Shown: positions 1 to 8,587 of the stretch, piece after piece
How positions within the stretch are numbered: position 1 is the first letter of the stretch
Layout: each line of letters opens with the position of its first letter
Assembly: GCA_964407585.1 (NCBI GenBank)
Contig: CAYOWF010000001.1
Location: 1 to 59,053 of the forward strand
Length of the DNA stretch: 59,053 nt
Direction: 5' to 3'
From: an uncultured Qipengyuania sp.
Lineage (GTDB): Bacteria > Pseudomonadota > Alphaproteobacteria > Sphingomonadales > Sphingomonadaceae
The notes under the pieces: generated by a model
The model's database searches: none
The model's input: the letters and a program-made list of their open reading frames with translations, nothing else
Told to the model about the DNA's origin: nothing
Position numbers and translations under genes: made by a program

Positions 1-168
1 CAGATCGCCGACAAGGTCCGCGGCGTAACGGGCATGAGCTGCGTGGTAGAACTCGTCCCCCCGCGCACGCTGCCTCGCACAAGCTCGGGCAAGCTGAGCA
101 GGGCCAAGGCCAAGCGCCTGTACCTGTCGGGCGAGATACAGCCGATCGAGCTCGAACTGGCGGCCTAG
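1..168 (+). CDS. Fatty acyl-AMP ligase / AMP-binding enzyme, C-terminal fragment (5' truncated by window)
   Basis: Frame 1 reads ...VELVPPRTLPRTSSGKLSRAKAKRLYL...*, containing the A10 motif (PxTxSGK) of adenylate-forming enzymes; stop TAG 166-168. Confidence 0.8.
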   Translation, partial: QIADKVRGVTGMSCVVELVPPRTLPRTSSGKLSRAKAKRLYLSGEIQPIELELAA

Positions 169-270
169 ATTCTACAAAGCGACGATGCCGGAAGATGAAG
201 GCATCTTGAAACTCGTGTTATAGAGACCTAATACAGAACTGAGGTTCTTACGGAGGTCTGCTAGAATATT

Positions 271-1521
271 ATGAGTGACGAAAAGCCCCAGGCAGAAGCT
301 GCACCTGCCACTGCAAAGGCCGCTCCCACCACTACGGCTGCGCCGCCCGAATTCGACCTGACCCCGCCGGATCCGGTACCCGCCGTCACGCCCGACAAGG
401 CCGCCGGTCTCGTTCCGGTCTCGGAAGACGTGAAGAGCAAGCTCGAAAGCAAGGTCGAAAGCTTCGTCGAAGACCTGTTGGCTCAGGACGCCAATTCGCC
501 CGAATTCGGCAAGAAGGTCGATCAGCTCACCAATATGGGCCGCAAGGAAATCATGGCGGCTGCCGGCATGTCCAACCGTTTCCTCGATCGTCCGGTGCGC
601 GCCATGGACAAGGACGAAGGCGTCGGTGCCAATTTGGCCGAACTGCGCCGGGTGGTCGAAGATCTCGACCCCGGCAAACGCGGCAAGCTCTCGGGTACGC
701 GCAAGATTCTCGGCATCATCCCGTTCGGCAACAAGCTGACCAATTATTTCCGCAGCTACCAGAGCGCTCAGACCCACATCCAGTCGATCCTCGGCAATCT
801 CTCGAGCGGCAAGGACGAGCTGATCATGGACAATGCCGCGATCGACGTCGAACGGCAGAAGCTGTGGGAGGCGATGGGCAATCTGGAACAGATGATCCAC
901 ATCTCCAATTCGCTCGACGCCAAGCTCGAAGAGAAAGCCGTCGAACTCGACGCGACCGATCCGGCCAAGGCCAAGGCCGTGCGCGAGACCGCGCTGTTCT
1001 ACGTCCGGCAGCGCACGCAGGACCTGCTTACGCAGATGGCGGTCAGCGTGCAGGGCTACCTGGCGCTCGACCTCGTCAAGAAGAACAATGTCGAACTGGT
1101 GAAGGGCGTCGACCGTGCCAGCACGACCACCGTCGGTGCGCTGCGCACAGCGGTGACCGTGGCCGAGGCCATGACCAACCAGCGCCTCGTGCTCGGCCAG
1201 ATTACCGCGCTCAACGAGACCACATCGGGCATCATCGACAGCACCAGCACAATGCTGCGCGAACAGACCGGCAAGATCCATGAACAGGCCGCCGCAAGTA
1301 CAATCCCGCTGGAAACCTTGCAACGCGCCTTCCAGAATATCTACGACACGATGGACGAAGTGGACGAATTCAAGATCCGCGCGCTGGAAAGCATGAAGCA
1401 GACCGTTACTGTCCTGTCGGACGAGGTGGAAAAGTCGAAAGGCTATATCGCCCGCGCCGAAGGGCAGGCGCAGGCACAGAAGCAGGTTGCCGACAGCGGC
1501 CTGCTGAGCATCGAGGGCTAG
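271..1521 (+). CDS. telA: Toxic anion (tellurite) resistance protein, TelA/KlaA family
   Basis: 416-aa helical protein; LDP...KILGIIPFG...Y...QTHI..I...L..GKDEL..DN and C-terminal NQRLVL..I..LNETT patterns typical of TelA. Confidence 0.85.
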   Translation: MSDEKPQAEAAPATAKAAPTTTAAPPEFDLTPPDPVPAVTPDKAAGLVPVSEDVKSKLESKVESFVEDLLAQDANSPEFGKKVDQLTNMGRKEIMAAAGMSNRFLDRPVRAMDKDEGVGANLAELRRVVEDLDPGKRGKLSGTRKILGIIPFGNKLTNYFRSYQSAQTHIQSILGNLSSGKDELIMDNAAIDVERQKLWEAMGNLEQMIHISNSLDAKLEEKAVELDATDPAKAKAVRETALFYVRQRTQDLLTQMAVSVQGYLALDLVKKNNVELVKGVDRASTTTVGALRTAVTVAEAMTNQRLVLGQITALNETTSGIIDSTSTMLREQTGKIHEQAAASTIPLETLQRAFQNIYDTMDEVDEFKIRALESMKQTVTVLSDEVEKSKGYIARAEGQAQAQKQVADSGLLSIEG

Positions 1522-1525
1522 GACG

Positions 1526-2284
1526 TTGGGCGAACTCACCCGCGACAGCGATCGTATTCTCGAGGATGCGCGCCGCCTCCGCGACGACAATCGCACCGGG
1601 GGTCGTCACAGGCGTGGCCCGCCGATCGGGCGCGGCTCTGCGGAAATGCGCCGTGGCTTCACGCTCAAGAGGGTACGCAACATAGCGATTGCGGCAGCGG
1701 CGATCTTCGCCTTTGCTACCGCTGCCGGGATCATAATCGACGGGATCGGCTTCATCGGCATCGTGCTGACCTTTTTCGCCCTGCTGGCTGCAGCGGGCAT
1801 ATTCTCGGTCTGGCCCAAGATGAAAATTCCCCAGCGTGCCGACATCAACAAGGGCGATGTCAGCACCATGGTCGCAAAGACCGAACTCTGGCTCGAGCAT
1901 CAGCGCCCCGCCCTGCCCCCGCCAGCGGCCAAGATCGTGAGCGACATGGGCGTGCAGCTGGATGCGCTCGGCTTGCAGCTGGAAGGCGTCGACCAGAATC
2001 ATCCCAAGGCGCGCGAGGTGCGCAGCCTCATCGGTGAACAGTTGCCCGAAATGATCGACAGCTATCGCAAGATTCCCGCCCATCTTCGCGGCGAGGAACG
2101 CGCCGGTGCCACTCCCGACCAGCAGCTGACCGACAGCCTCGGCAAGATCAGCGGAGAGATCGACTCCATCACCCGGCAGCTTGCGGAAGGATCGCTCGAC
2201 GACCTAGCGATCAAGCATCGCTACCTCGACTACAAATTCGGGGCAGGTGCCGAGACTTCGCCCCAGCTGGAGCACAAGAACTGA
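1526..2284 (+). CDS. Membrane-anchored helical protein, XpaC-like partner of TelA
   Basis: Two N-terminal TM helices then a helical domain (LPEMIDSY, DDLAIKHRYL); 4 nt downstream of telA. Confidence 0.65.
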   Translation: MGELTRDSDRILEDARRLRDDNRTGGRHRRGPPIGRGSAEMRRGFTLKRVRNIAIAAAAIFAFATAAGIIIDGIGFIGIVLTFFALLAAAGIFSVWPKMKIPQRADINKGDVSTMVAKTELWLEHQRPALPPPAAKIVSDMGVQLDALGLQLEGVDQNHPKAREVRSLIGEQLPEMIDSYRKIPAHLRGEERAGATPDQQLTDSLGKISGEIDSITRQLAEGSLDDLAIKHRYLDYKFGAGAETSPQLEHKN

Positions 2285-2586
2285 TGCGCATTCCCTTACA
2301 GCATACCCTGGGCAAGGAAGAAGTTCGCCGCCGCCTGCATGCACGCAGCCACGAAATCGGCGATGCGATTCCGGGTGGAATGGCAGATGTGACCACCAGC
2401 TGGCCCAACGAAGACTGCATGGCACTGGACATCAAGGCGATGGGTAATCTGACTCGCGCGCAGGTCATCGTCGAAGAAACCGAGGTGATTTTCGAAATAG
2501 ACCTGCCGCCTGCATTGTCCTTCGTGGAGCCGATTATTGCAGGTGCCATCCGCAAAAAGGGGCAGAAACTCCTCGCCGCCGATTGA
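2284..2586 (+). CDS. Polyhydroxyalkanoic-acid-system family protein (PHA_gran_rgn-like)
   Basis: 100 aa; N-terminal H.LG.EE.RRR and C-terminal I.LP..L.F motifs; TGATG stop/start overlap with upstream gene. Confidence 0.7.
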   Translation: MRIPLQHTLGKEEVRRRLHARSHEIGDAIPGGMADVTTSWPNEDCMALDIKAMGNLTRAQVIVEETEVIFEIDLPPALSFVEPIIAGAIRKKGQKLLAAD

Positions 2587-2616
2587 TGCCGGCACCACAT
2601 CGAGCCACCTTGCGAT

Positions 2617-3327
2617 GTGGAGAAAGTTCCTCCGCCGACGGAACAATATTCGCTGCGAAACGCTTCTTTCTCCGACTTAAACGGCGAAGTTTTCCCGCCA
2701 TTCGCCGAGCCCCGTCATGCGACCGACAATTGCAAGGGCCGTTGCCATGGCATACGACGAACGCTGGCTGCAGGACGGGGGTCCGGAGACTTGAGAGACA
2801 AACTGAGGCAGGCGACTGGAAAGGTCCATGCGCACCTCGATGAAACCGTAGGTACCATGCCTCTGTCATCGGGGCAGGACTACGGTCGTTTTTTGGCTGC
2901 GCAATATGCCGCCCGCCACGAGGTCGAACGGGCACTCTGTTGCCAGCCTCCCGCAGGCCTGGGCGCCCCTCCCTCGCAGACCGACGTACTGGCCAGTGAC
3001 CTGCGCGACCTCGATATCGTCCCCGTGAGCTACAAAGGCACATTTGCACTCGAAGATCCCTTCGCAGCCCTCGGCGCAGCTTGGGTCCTAGCGGGCTCTT
3101 CTCTCGGAAATCGCTCCATGCTCGCCCAGCGCCGCAAGGCGGGTCGACAGGGTCCGGTGAGATTTCTTTCGGACAAGAGCCTTGCACGATATTTCGGGAG
3201 TTTACTGGGCATCCTCGACAGGCCTTACAGCGACGAGCAGGGCGAACAGGTCATTTCTGGCGCGCTTTCAACCTTTGCGGTATTCGAACGCGCCTTCGCT
3301 GCCGGTCGGGCGGAGACAGCCGCATGA
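2617..3327 (+). CDS. bphO: Biliverdin-producing heme oxygenase (true start probably later, e.g. TTG 2791)
   Basis: LRDKLRQAT..VH..LD proximal-His motif and ALGAAWVLAGSSLGN distal helix; ATGA overlap with phytochrome gene. Confidence 0.8.
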   Translation: MEKVPPPTEQYSLRNASFSDLNGEVFPPFAEPRHATDNCKGRCHGIRRTLAAGRGSGDLRDKLRQATGKVHAHLDETVGTMPLSSGQDYGRFLAAQYAARHEVERALCCQPPAGLGAPPSQTDVLASDLRDLDIVPVSYKGTFALEDPFAALGAAWVLAGSSLGNRSMLAQRRKAGRQGPVRFLSDKSLARYFGSLLGILDRPYSDEQGEQVISGALSTFAVFERAFAAGRAETAA

Positions 3328-5897
3328 GCTTTCCCAACTCTCAGGTCGATCTTTCGAACTGCGATCGCGAACCGATCCACCAGCTGGGTTGCATCCAGGG
3401 CTTCGGTGCCCTGCTGGTCGTCAATGGCGACTGGTTCGTCGCCCAGCGCTCCGCCAATGCGGAAGACATGCTGGGCCTAACCGAACCGATCCAGATCGGT
3501 TCACGGCTTTCGTCCTTCCTTGGCGCGACAGCCTTCGATCGCATCCGCAGCGCGGCAGCTGCCCTAATCGATGACGACCAGGTCGAACGCATGTTCGGCG
3601 TCGACCTCATCGGAGATGGAACCCTCTTCGATTGCGCAGTGCATGCTTCGGGCCACTACACGATCATCGAATGCGAACCGCATGTCGAGGGGGATGTAAG
3701 CCGACAGGTCTCCTTGTTGCGCCCCGTCCTTTCGAGACTGGAGAAATACGAAGATACCGAGCGGTTGCTTGCCGAAGGGGCACGCCAGCTGCGCGCCGCG
3801 CTCGAGATCGATCGGGTCATGGTCTATCGCTTCCACGAAGATCTGTCGGGTGAAGTGGTGGCGGAATCGCGGCGCGACGATCTCGAAACCTTTCATGGCC
3901 TGCGCTATCCGAAAACGGACATTCCTTCGCAGGCACGCGAACTCTACCGTCGCAATCGCTTCCGGATAATCAGCGATGTAAAAGAGGAACCGATTCCCAT
4001 CGAGCCTGTCGAAACGCCCGAAGGCGAACCGCTCGACCTGTCGATGAGCACGCTGCGCGCGGTTTCCCCGATACATATCGAATATCTGACCAATATGGGC
4101 GTTGGCGCTTCGCTATCGATCTCGATCGTTATCGGGGGCAAGCTCTGGGGTCTGTTCGCGTGCCACCATTACGGGCCCAAAAAGCTACCCTATTCGCAGC
4201 GCACATCCGCAGAGCTGTTCTCGGAACTCTTTTCGCTCATGCTGGAACGTGCCCTTTATCGCGAGCGGGAGACCTTGCGCGAAGAGGGCCGCAAGATACA
4301 CGACCGGCTTATGCGAGACATTGCGGCGGGAACGCCGCTCTCCGATTGCCTTCCCACGCTCACGCCGGTGATCGCGCAGATCATTCCGCATCACGGAGCA
4401 AGCGTATTCGTCGACGACATATACGATTCGAAGGGATCGGCGCCGAACGAGGAGGAGTTCCGGGCTCTCATCCCCGGACTGAACGCGGCCGCGACGAGCC
4501 GGGTCCTTGCTACCGACGCGCTGACCGAGCGGCTGCCCAATGCGGAGCGCTTTGCGGATCGGGCGGCCGGCGCGATGGTCATCCCGGTCTCGCGCACCCC
4601 GCGGGACTACCTAGTGCTCTGGCGAAAGCCGCTGACCAAGACCGTCCGCTGGGCAGGCAATCCCGAAAAGCCGGTCGAATATGGGCCGAACGGCGCACGC
4701 CTTACGCCCCGCAAGAGCTTCGAGGCGTGGCAGGAAACCGTCGAAGGGCGGAGCGAATCCTGGACCTCTGGCGAATTGCAGGTCGCTGACGGCTTGCGCA
4801 TCACCCTTCTCGAAATCATCCTGCGCCTGACGGACGAGGCCGTGCAGGAACGCACCAAGGCACAGGCCCAACAGGAACTGCTGATCGCGGAACTCAACCA
4901 CCGCGTGCGCAACATCCTGAATCTGATCCGCGGCCTGATCAGCCAGTCGCGCCGTGAAGCCGCCTCGATCGAGGAGTTCAGCGACATTATCGGCGGGCGC
5001 ATCTCCTCGCTCGCCTCGGCGCATGAAAATATCACCAAGGGCAACTGGTCTTCCGCCCCGCTCAGCGGTCTGATCGAAAATGAGGCAGACGCCTATCTGA
5101 GCGACAATGAAGACCGGCTGGTCGTCAACGGGCCGGAGGTCATGCTCGTACCGGAAGCCTATACGGTGCTGGCGCTGGTCATCCACGAGATGATGACCAA
5201 CTCGGCCAAGCACGGATCGCTATCCGACAGCAACGGACAGCTCGCAATCGACATCGCACGCAACGACGATGGATCGCTTCAGTTCGATTGGCGGGAGAAG
5301 GGTGGCCCACCGGTCAAGCCGCCGACCCGTCGAGGCTTCGGTTCGACGATCGTCGAACGCTCCATCCCGTTCGAACTGGATGGAGAGGCCCAGGTCAATT
5401 ACAGGCTGACGGGCCTCGAAGCCGAATTCTGCATCCCGGCTCGCTATGTCGAATGGGACAAGAGCGGCTTGAAGGAAGAGGACAGCAAGAGCGTGAACGG
5501 TTCGGCCAGCAAACCCGCCAGCATCTCGGTGCCGGAAAGTGTCCTGCTCGTCGAGGACAGTATGATCATCGCGCTCGATACCGAAGACTGCTTGCGCGAG
5601 ATCGGCGTGGGCACGGTTTCCGTCGAGAGCACCGTCGCCGGAGCATTGGCTTCACTGGAGAAAAAGCAGCCCGACCTTGCGATCCTGGACTATAATCTGG
5701 GCAAGGAGAGCAGCGAAAAAGTGGCCGAATACCTTGCCCGGCAGGGCATACCTTTCTGGCTGGCCTCGGGTTATGGCGAAATGGCCGATCGGATCGAGGA
5801 GATGGGCGCATCGGGCCTGCTAACCAAACCCTATGGCAAGGAAGATCTTGTCGGAATCATGGGAGAATTGGCTCGTTCAGCCGACGAGGCGGATTGA
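3324..5897 (+). CDS. bphP: Bacteriophytochrome PAS-GAF-PHY-HWE histidine kinase-receiver hybrid
   Basis: N-terminal CDREPIH (bilin-binding Cys), DIP motif, SPIH, PRKSF tongue, ELNHRVRN HWE H-box, WRE..GP/GFG, C-terminal REC (LLVED, ILDYN, KP); start ATG 3324. Confidence 0.93.
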   Translation: MSFPNSQVDLSNCDREPIHQLGCIQGFGALLVVNGDWFVAQRSANAEDMLGLTEPIQIGSRLSSFLGATAFDRIRSAAAALIDDDQVERMFGVDLIGDGTLFDCAVHASGHYTIIECEPHVEGDVSRQVSLLRPVLSRLEKYEDTERLLAEGARQLRAALEIDRVMVYRFHEDLSGEVVAESRRDDLETFHGLRYPKTDIPSQARELYRRNRFRIISDVKEEPIPIEPVETPEGEPLDLSMSTLRAVSPIHIEYLTNMGVGASLSISIVIGGKLWGLFACHHYGPKKLPYSQRTSAELFSELFSLMLERALYRERETLREEGRKIHDRLMRDIAAGTPLSDCLPTLTPVIAQIIPHHGASVFVDDIYDSKGSAPNEEEFRALIPGLNAAATSRVLATDALTERLPNAERFADRAAGAMVIPVSRTPRDYLVLWRKPLTKTVRWAGNPEKPVEYGPNGARLTPRKSFEAWQETVEGRSESWTSGELQVADGLRITLLEIILRLTDEAVQERTKAQAQQELLIAELNHRVRNILNLIRGLISQSRREAASIEEFSDIIGGRISSLASAHENITKGNWSSAPLSGLIENEADAYLSDNEDRLVVNGPEVMLVPEAYTVLALVIHEMMTNSAKHGSLSDSNGQLAIDIARNDDGSLQFDWREKGGPPVKPPTRRGFGSTIVERSIPFELDGEAQVNYRLTGLEAEFCIPARYVEWDKSGLKEEDSKSVNGSASKPASISVPESVLLVEDSMIIALDTEDCLREIGVGTVSVESTVAGALASLEKKQPDLAILDYNLGKESSEKVAEYLARQGIPFWLASGYGEMADRIEEMGASGLLTKPYGKEDLVGIMGELARSADEAD

Positions 5898-6684
5898 AGA
5901 GGAGCAGGCATCGTTGGTTCTCGGAAAAGTCTATCGCTTCGAGCTTCGGTGCCCATCCTGCTTGTCCGGCAGAAACGACGGCACCTGAAATCTTGCATGT
6001 CCCTGACAAAGGCAAGACCTGCACGGCCCCGCCCAATCCATCCAATTCGCTTCCCGGAGTGCCGACGGTCTGAACCAGGCTGAAATAGGGCCCATCAACG
6101 AGCAACCTTCCACGCTCCGGATCGATGGTTCGACGCAGTTCGGGCGGATGCGGCAGCGGGCGGATCGATTTCATCGCATCATCGAGATGCAATACGCGGG
6201 GTCGACCGTAATCGTATAGACGGTATGTGACGTCGGTGTTTTGCTGCACCTCGACCAGCGTCAAGCCGGGGCCGATGGCATGCACGGTGCCTGAAGGGAC
6301 ATAGAGGAAATCATCGACCTGCACTTCGCGCCAGTCGAGCAGATGCTCGATTGTGCCGTCGAGTGCCGCTTCGCGAATGCGCTGCTTGTCCAGCTTCTCC
6401 CGGAATCCGATTGCCAGCGTTGCACCGGGCTCCGCTGCGGTGACCAGCCAGCACTCATCCTTCCCCGTGCCCCGCGGGCAATGCTCCGCACGAGGATGTA
6501 TCTGCACCGACAGGCGATCCCCGGTGAAAAGGTACTTGGCCAGTATCCTGTCTAGCGAAGGTGGGGTCTGGAACCAGATTTCGCCCACGGGCTCGCCGCA
6601 AGGAGAAGCGAAGGAAGCAGGAAGATCGCGCCTGCCCCACGGCTTGAGCAAGCGCTTCGTGCCCAGGAGACCGCGCCTGCTCAC
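5857..6684 (-). CDS. manA: Class I mannose-6-phosphate isomerase
   Basis: KPWG, GEIWF, LSVQIHP, GKDECW, HAIG, EVQQNTDVTYRLYDYGR motifs. Confidence 0.88.
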   Translation of the reverse strand: MSRRGLLGTKRLLKPWGRRDLPASFASPCGEPVGEIWFQTPPSLDRILAKYLFTGDRLSVQIHPRAEHCPRGTGKDECWLVTAAEPGATLAIGFREKLDKQRIREAALDGTIEHLLDWREVQVDDFLYVPSGTVHAIGPGLTLVEVQQNTDVTYRLYDYGRPRVLHLDDAMKSIRPLPHPPELRRTIDPERGRLLVDGPYFSLVQTVGTPGSELDGLGGAVQVLPLSGTCKISGAVVSAGQAGWAPKLEAIDFSENQRCLLLFNPPRRLNEPILP

Positions 6685-7709
6685 GACGCTTTCGCTCCCT
6701 TCAGCGCAGAGACTTCTTGCGCCGCGTCGCTATCGACCACCAGCACCTCGTCGCCGTCGACAACGATGATGACGTTCTCCAGCCCGATCGCCGATACGCG
6801 GCGGCCATCGCTGCGCACCATGACCCTTTCGCAGTCCACCAGCTCTGCATTTGCCTGCGCATCGGTCGACCCACGCACATCCATCAATGCCTTCCATGAC
6901 CCGATGTCGGACCAGCCCATGCGGGCCGAAACCACGGCAGCACGCTGCGTGTTCTCCATCAGCGCGTAATCGATACTCTCGGCCCGGATAGCGGCGAAAG
7001 GCGCCTCGTCAGGGTAGAATGCACCCGCGCGCTCCTCTCCTTGCGCGAGCGCCGTCAGCACCTGATCGACCAAGACATTGCGATAGATCGTGAGTTCTTC
7101 GAGCAGACGGCCCGCCGCAAAGGCGAAGATGCCGCCATTCCAGGAGAACGCGCCCTGCGCGAGATAACTTGCGGCACGCTCTGTTTCGGGCTTTTCGACG
7201 AAGCGCTTCACCCGGTGATGCCTCCCGATCGGGTCGCCTCGCTCGATATAGCCATAGCCGGTTTCGGGACGGTCGGGCTCGATGCCGAACGTTACCAGCC
7301 AGCCATCCGATGCAAGCTCGGCAGCTTCCTGCACGGCGTCGGCGAATGCGGAGGTATCTGCAATATGGTGATCGCTGGGGCAAACCAGCATGATCGTATC
7401 CGGTTCCAGCCGGGCGGCAGCCAAAGCGATTGCGGGAGCCGTGTTGCGGGGACAGGGTTCGACGATGAGGCTGTGGGGGCCCGCCTGTTCGGCGATCCAT
7501 CGCCTATGCGCCTTACCCGCAATCACTAGGGATTCTGCGAACAGGGAGCGGTCGCTCACTCGATCCAGGGCCTGCTGGAACAGCGTTCGATCGCCGAGCA
7601 GGTTCAGGAATTGCTTGGGCTTTTCCGGCCGGCTCACGGGCCAGAGCCGCGTGCCCGAACCGCCGCTCAGGATAACCGGCTGAATTTGGCTTGGCGAACC
7701 CATGGACAT
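6681..7709 (-). CDS. manC: Mannose-1-phosphate guanylyltransferase
   Basis: ILSGGSGTRLWPVSR..PKQF, EP..RNTAPA, PSDH, ETGYGYI, FVEKP, SIDYA.ME, WSDIGSW. Confidence 0.92.
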   Translation of the reverse strand: MSMGSPSQIQPVILSGGSGTRLWPVSRPEKPKQFLNLLGDRTLFQQALDRVSDRSLFAESLVIAGKAHRRWIAEQAGPHSLIVEPCPRNTAPAIALAAARLEPDTIMLVCPSDHHIADTSAFADAVQEAAELASDGWLVTFGIEPDRPETGYGYIERGDPIGRHHRVKRFVEKPETERAASYLAQGAFSWNGGIFAFAAGRLLEELTIYRNVLVDQVLTALAQGEERAGAFYPDEAPFAAIRAESIDYALMENTQRAAVVSARMGWSDIGSWKALMDVRGSTDAQANAELVDCERVMVRSDGRRVSAIGLENVIIVVDGDEVLVVDSDAAQEVSALKGAKAS

Positions 7710-7741
7710 GCCCCTGGCTATAGCCCTGCGGCCTGGCCTTG

Positions 7742-8467
7742 TCAGTTAAAGAACCTCTGCTGGTAGTAGAACGGTGCGGGGACCGGGTTGCCCTGCGCGT
7801 CGCGGGCAGGCTCGAATCGTATCTGGCTGTAGGAGAGCTCGCAGACCTTGGCATCCGTCTCTGGGAAAGGACTGGCGCGATAGATCGAACAGGATGTCAC
7901 GCGTCCTTCGGCGGAGACCATCAAGCGGACGATAACCGATTTTCCGATCCGCGCCTCGCGTCCGCCGGGCGGGATGGGAAAGGCGCTGGAATCACTGATA
8001 GAACGGGTCAGCACGGGTTTGGTGGCGGCCACGCCGCCCTGCCCGCCACCGCCGCGTCCGGCACCGGTGCCCTCGCCACTACCTGCAGCGCCGGTACCCT
8101 CGCCCGTCTGGGTCGCGCCGGAAGTGGTGGCAGTGCCGGTCGACGAGGCGCGCGGAACCGCGCGGTCCTCTTTCACCTGGCGTTTCGGGGTGGGTGCGGT
8201 GACCGGCTGGGGGACGGCTTCCTGCCCGGGATCGCCCTGCACCCCTTCATCGGGTGCGGGTTCGACGATCGGGGTTTCTTCTTCCGGCGCGCTGACCGTA
8301 ACCGTGAAAGCGGAGACCACGCTCCGTTCCACGCTGGCAACGGCATTGGGTGCGAGGCTGCGGATCAAGACATAGAAGATCCCGATGTGAATCACGATGA
8401 TAGCCGCGATCACCCAAGGATTGGGTCGCTTCGTGGAGGTGCTGAAACTGGTCGCTTGATCGGCCAT
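7742..8467 (-). CDS. tonB: Energy transducer TonB family protein
   Basis: Single N-terminal TM helix with His (IVIHIG), Pro/Gly-rich linker, C-terminal TonB_C-like domain (RFEPARDAQG); start taken at MADQ. Confidence 0.75.
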   Translation of the reverse strand: MADQATSFSTSTKRPNPWVIAAIIVIHIGIFYVLIRSLAPNAVASVERSVVSAFTVTVSAPEEETPIVEPAPDEGVQGDPGQEAVPQPVTAPTPKRQVKEDRAVPRASSTGTATTSGATQTGEGTGAAGSGEGTGAGRGGGGQGGVAATKPVLTRSISDSSAFPIPPGGREARIGKSVIVRLMVSAEGRVTSCSIYRASPFPETDAKVCELSYSQIRFEPARDAQGNPVPAPFYYQQRFFN

Positions 8468-8531
8468 ATCCGCATCAACGGGACAAATGCCCATGCCGTT
8501 CCTTCGTAGCAAGATTCCCCGACGTAGACGC

Positions 8532-8565
8532 AAACGAAACGGGCGGACCCGAAGGCCCGCCCTTT
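8532..8565 (-). terminator. Rho-independent terminator of the TonB-dependent receptor gene
   Basis: Minus strand GGGCGGGCC-TTCG-GGTCCGCCC followed by GTTTCGTTT. Confidence 0.8.
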
Positions 8566-8587
8566 CCTGGATCGATTTGCTGACGAA

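Noticed and set aside
172-1596. 474-aa minus-strand ORF, and similar long antisense ORFs (10592..12892, 31060..32442, 43919..44905, 51032..52627, 55128..56753)
   Set aside because: Shadow frames opposite well-supported genes in high-GC DNA; no recognisable motifs.
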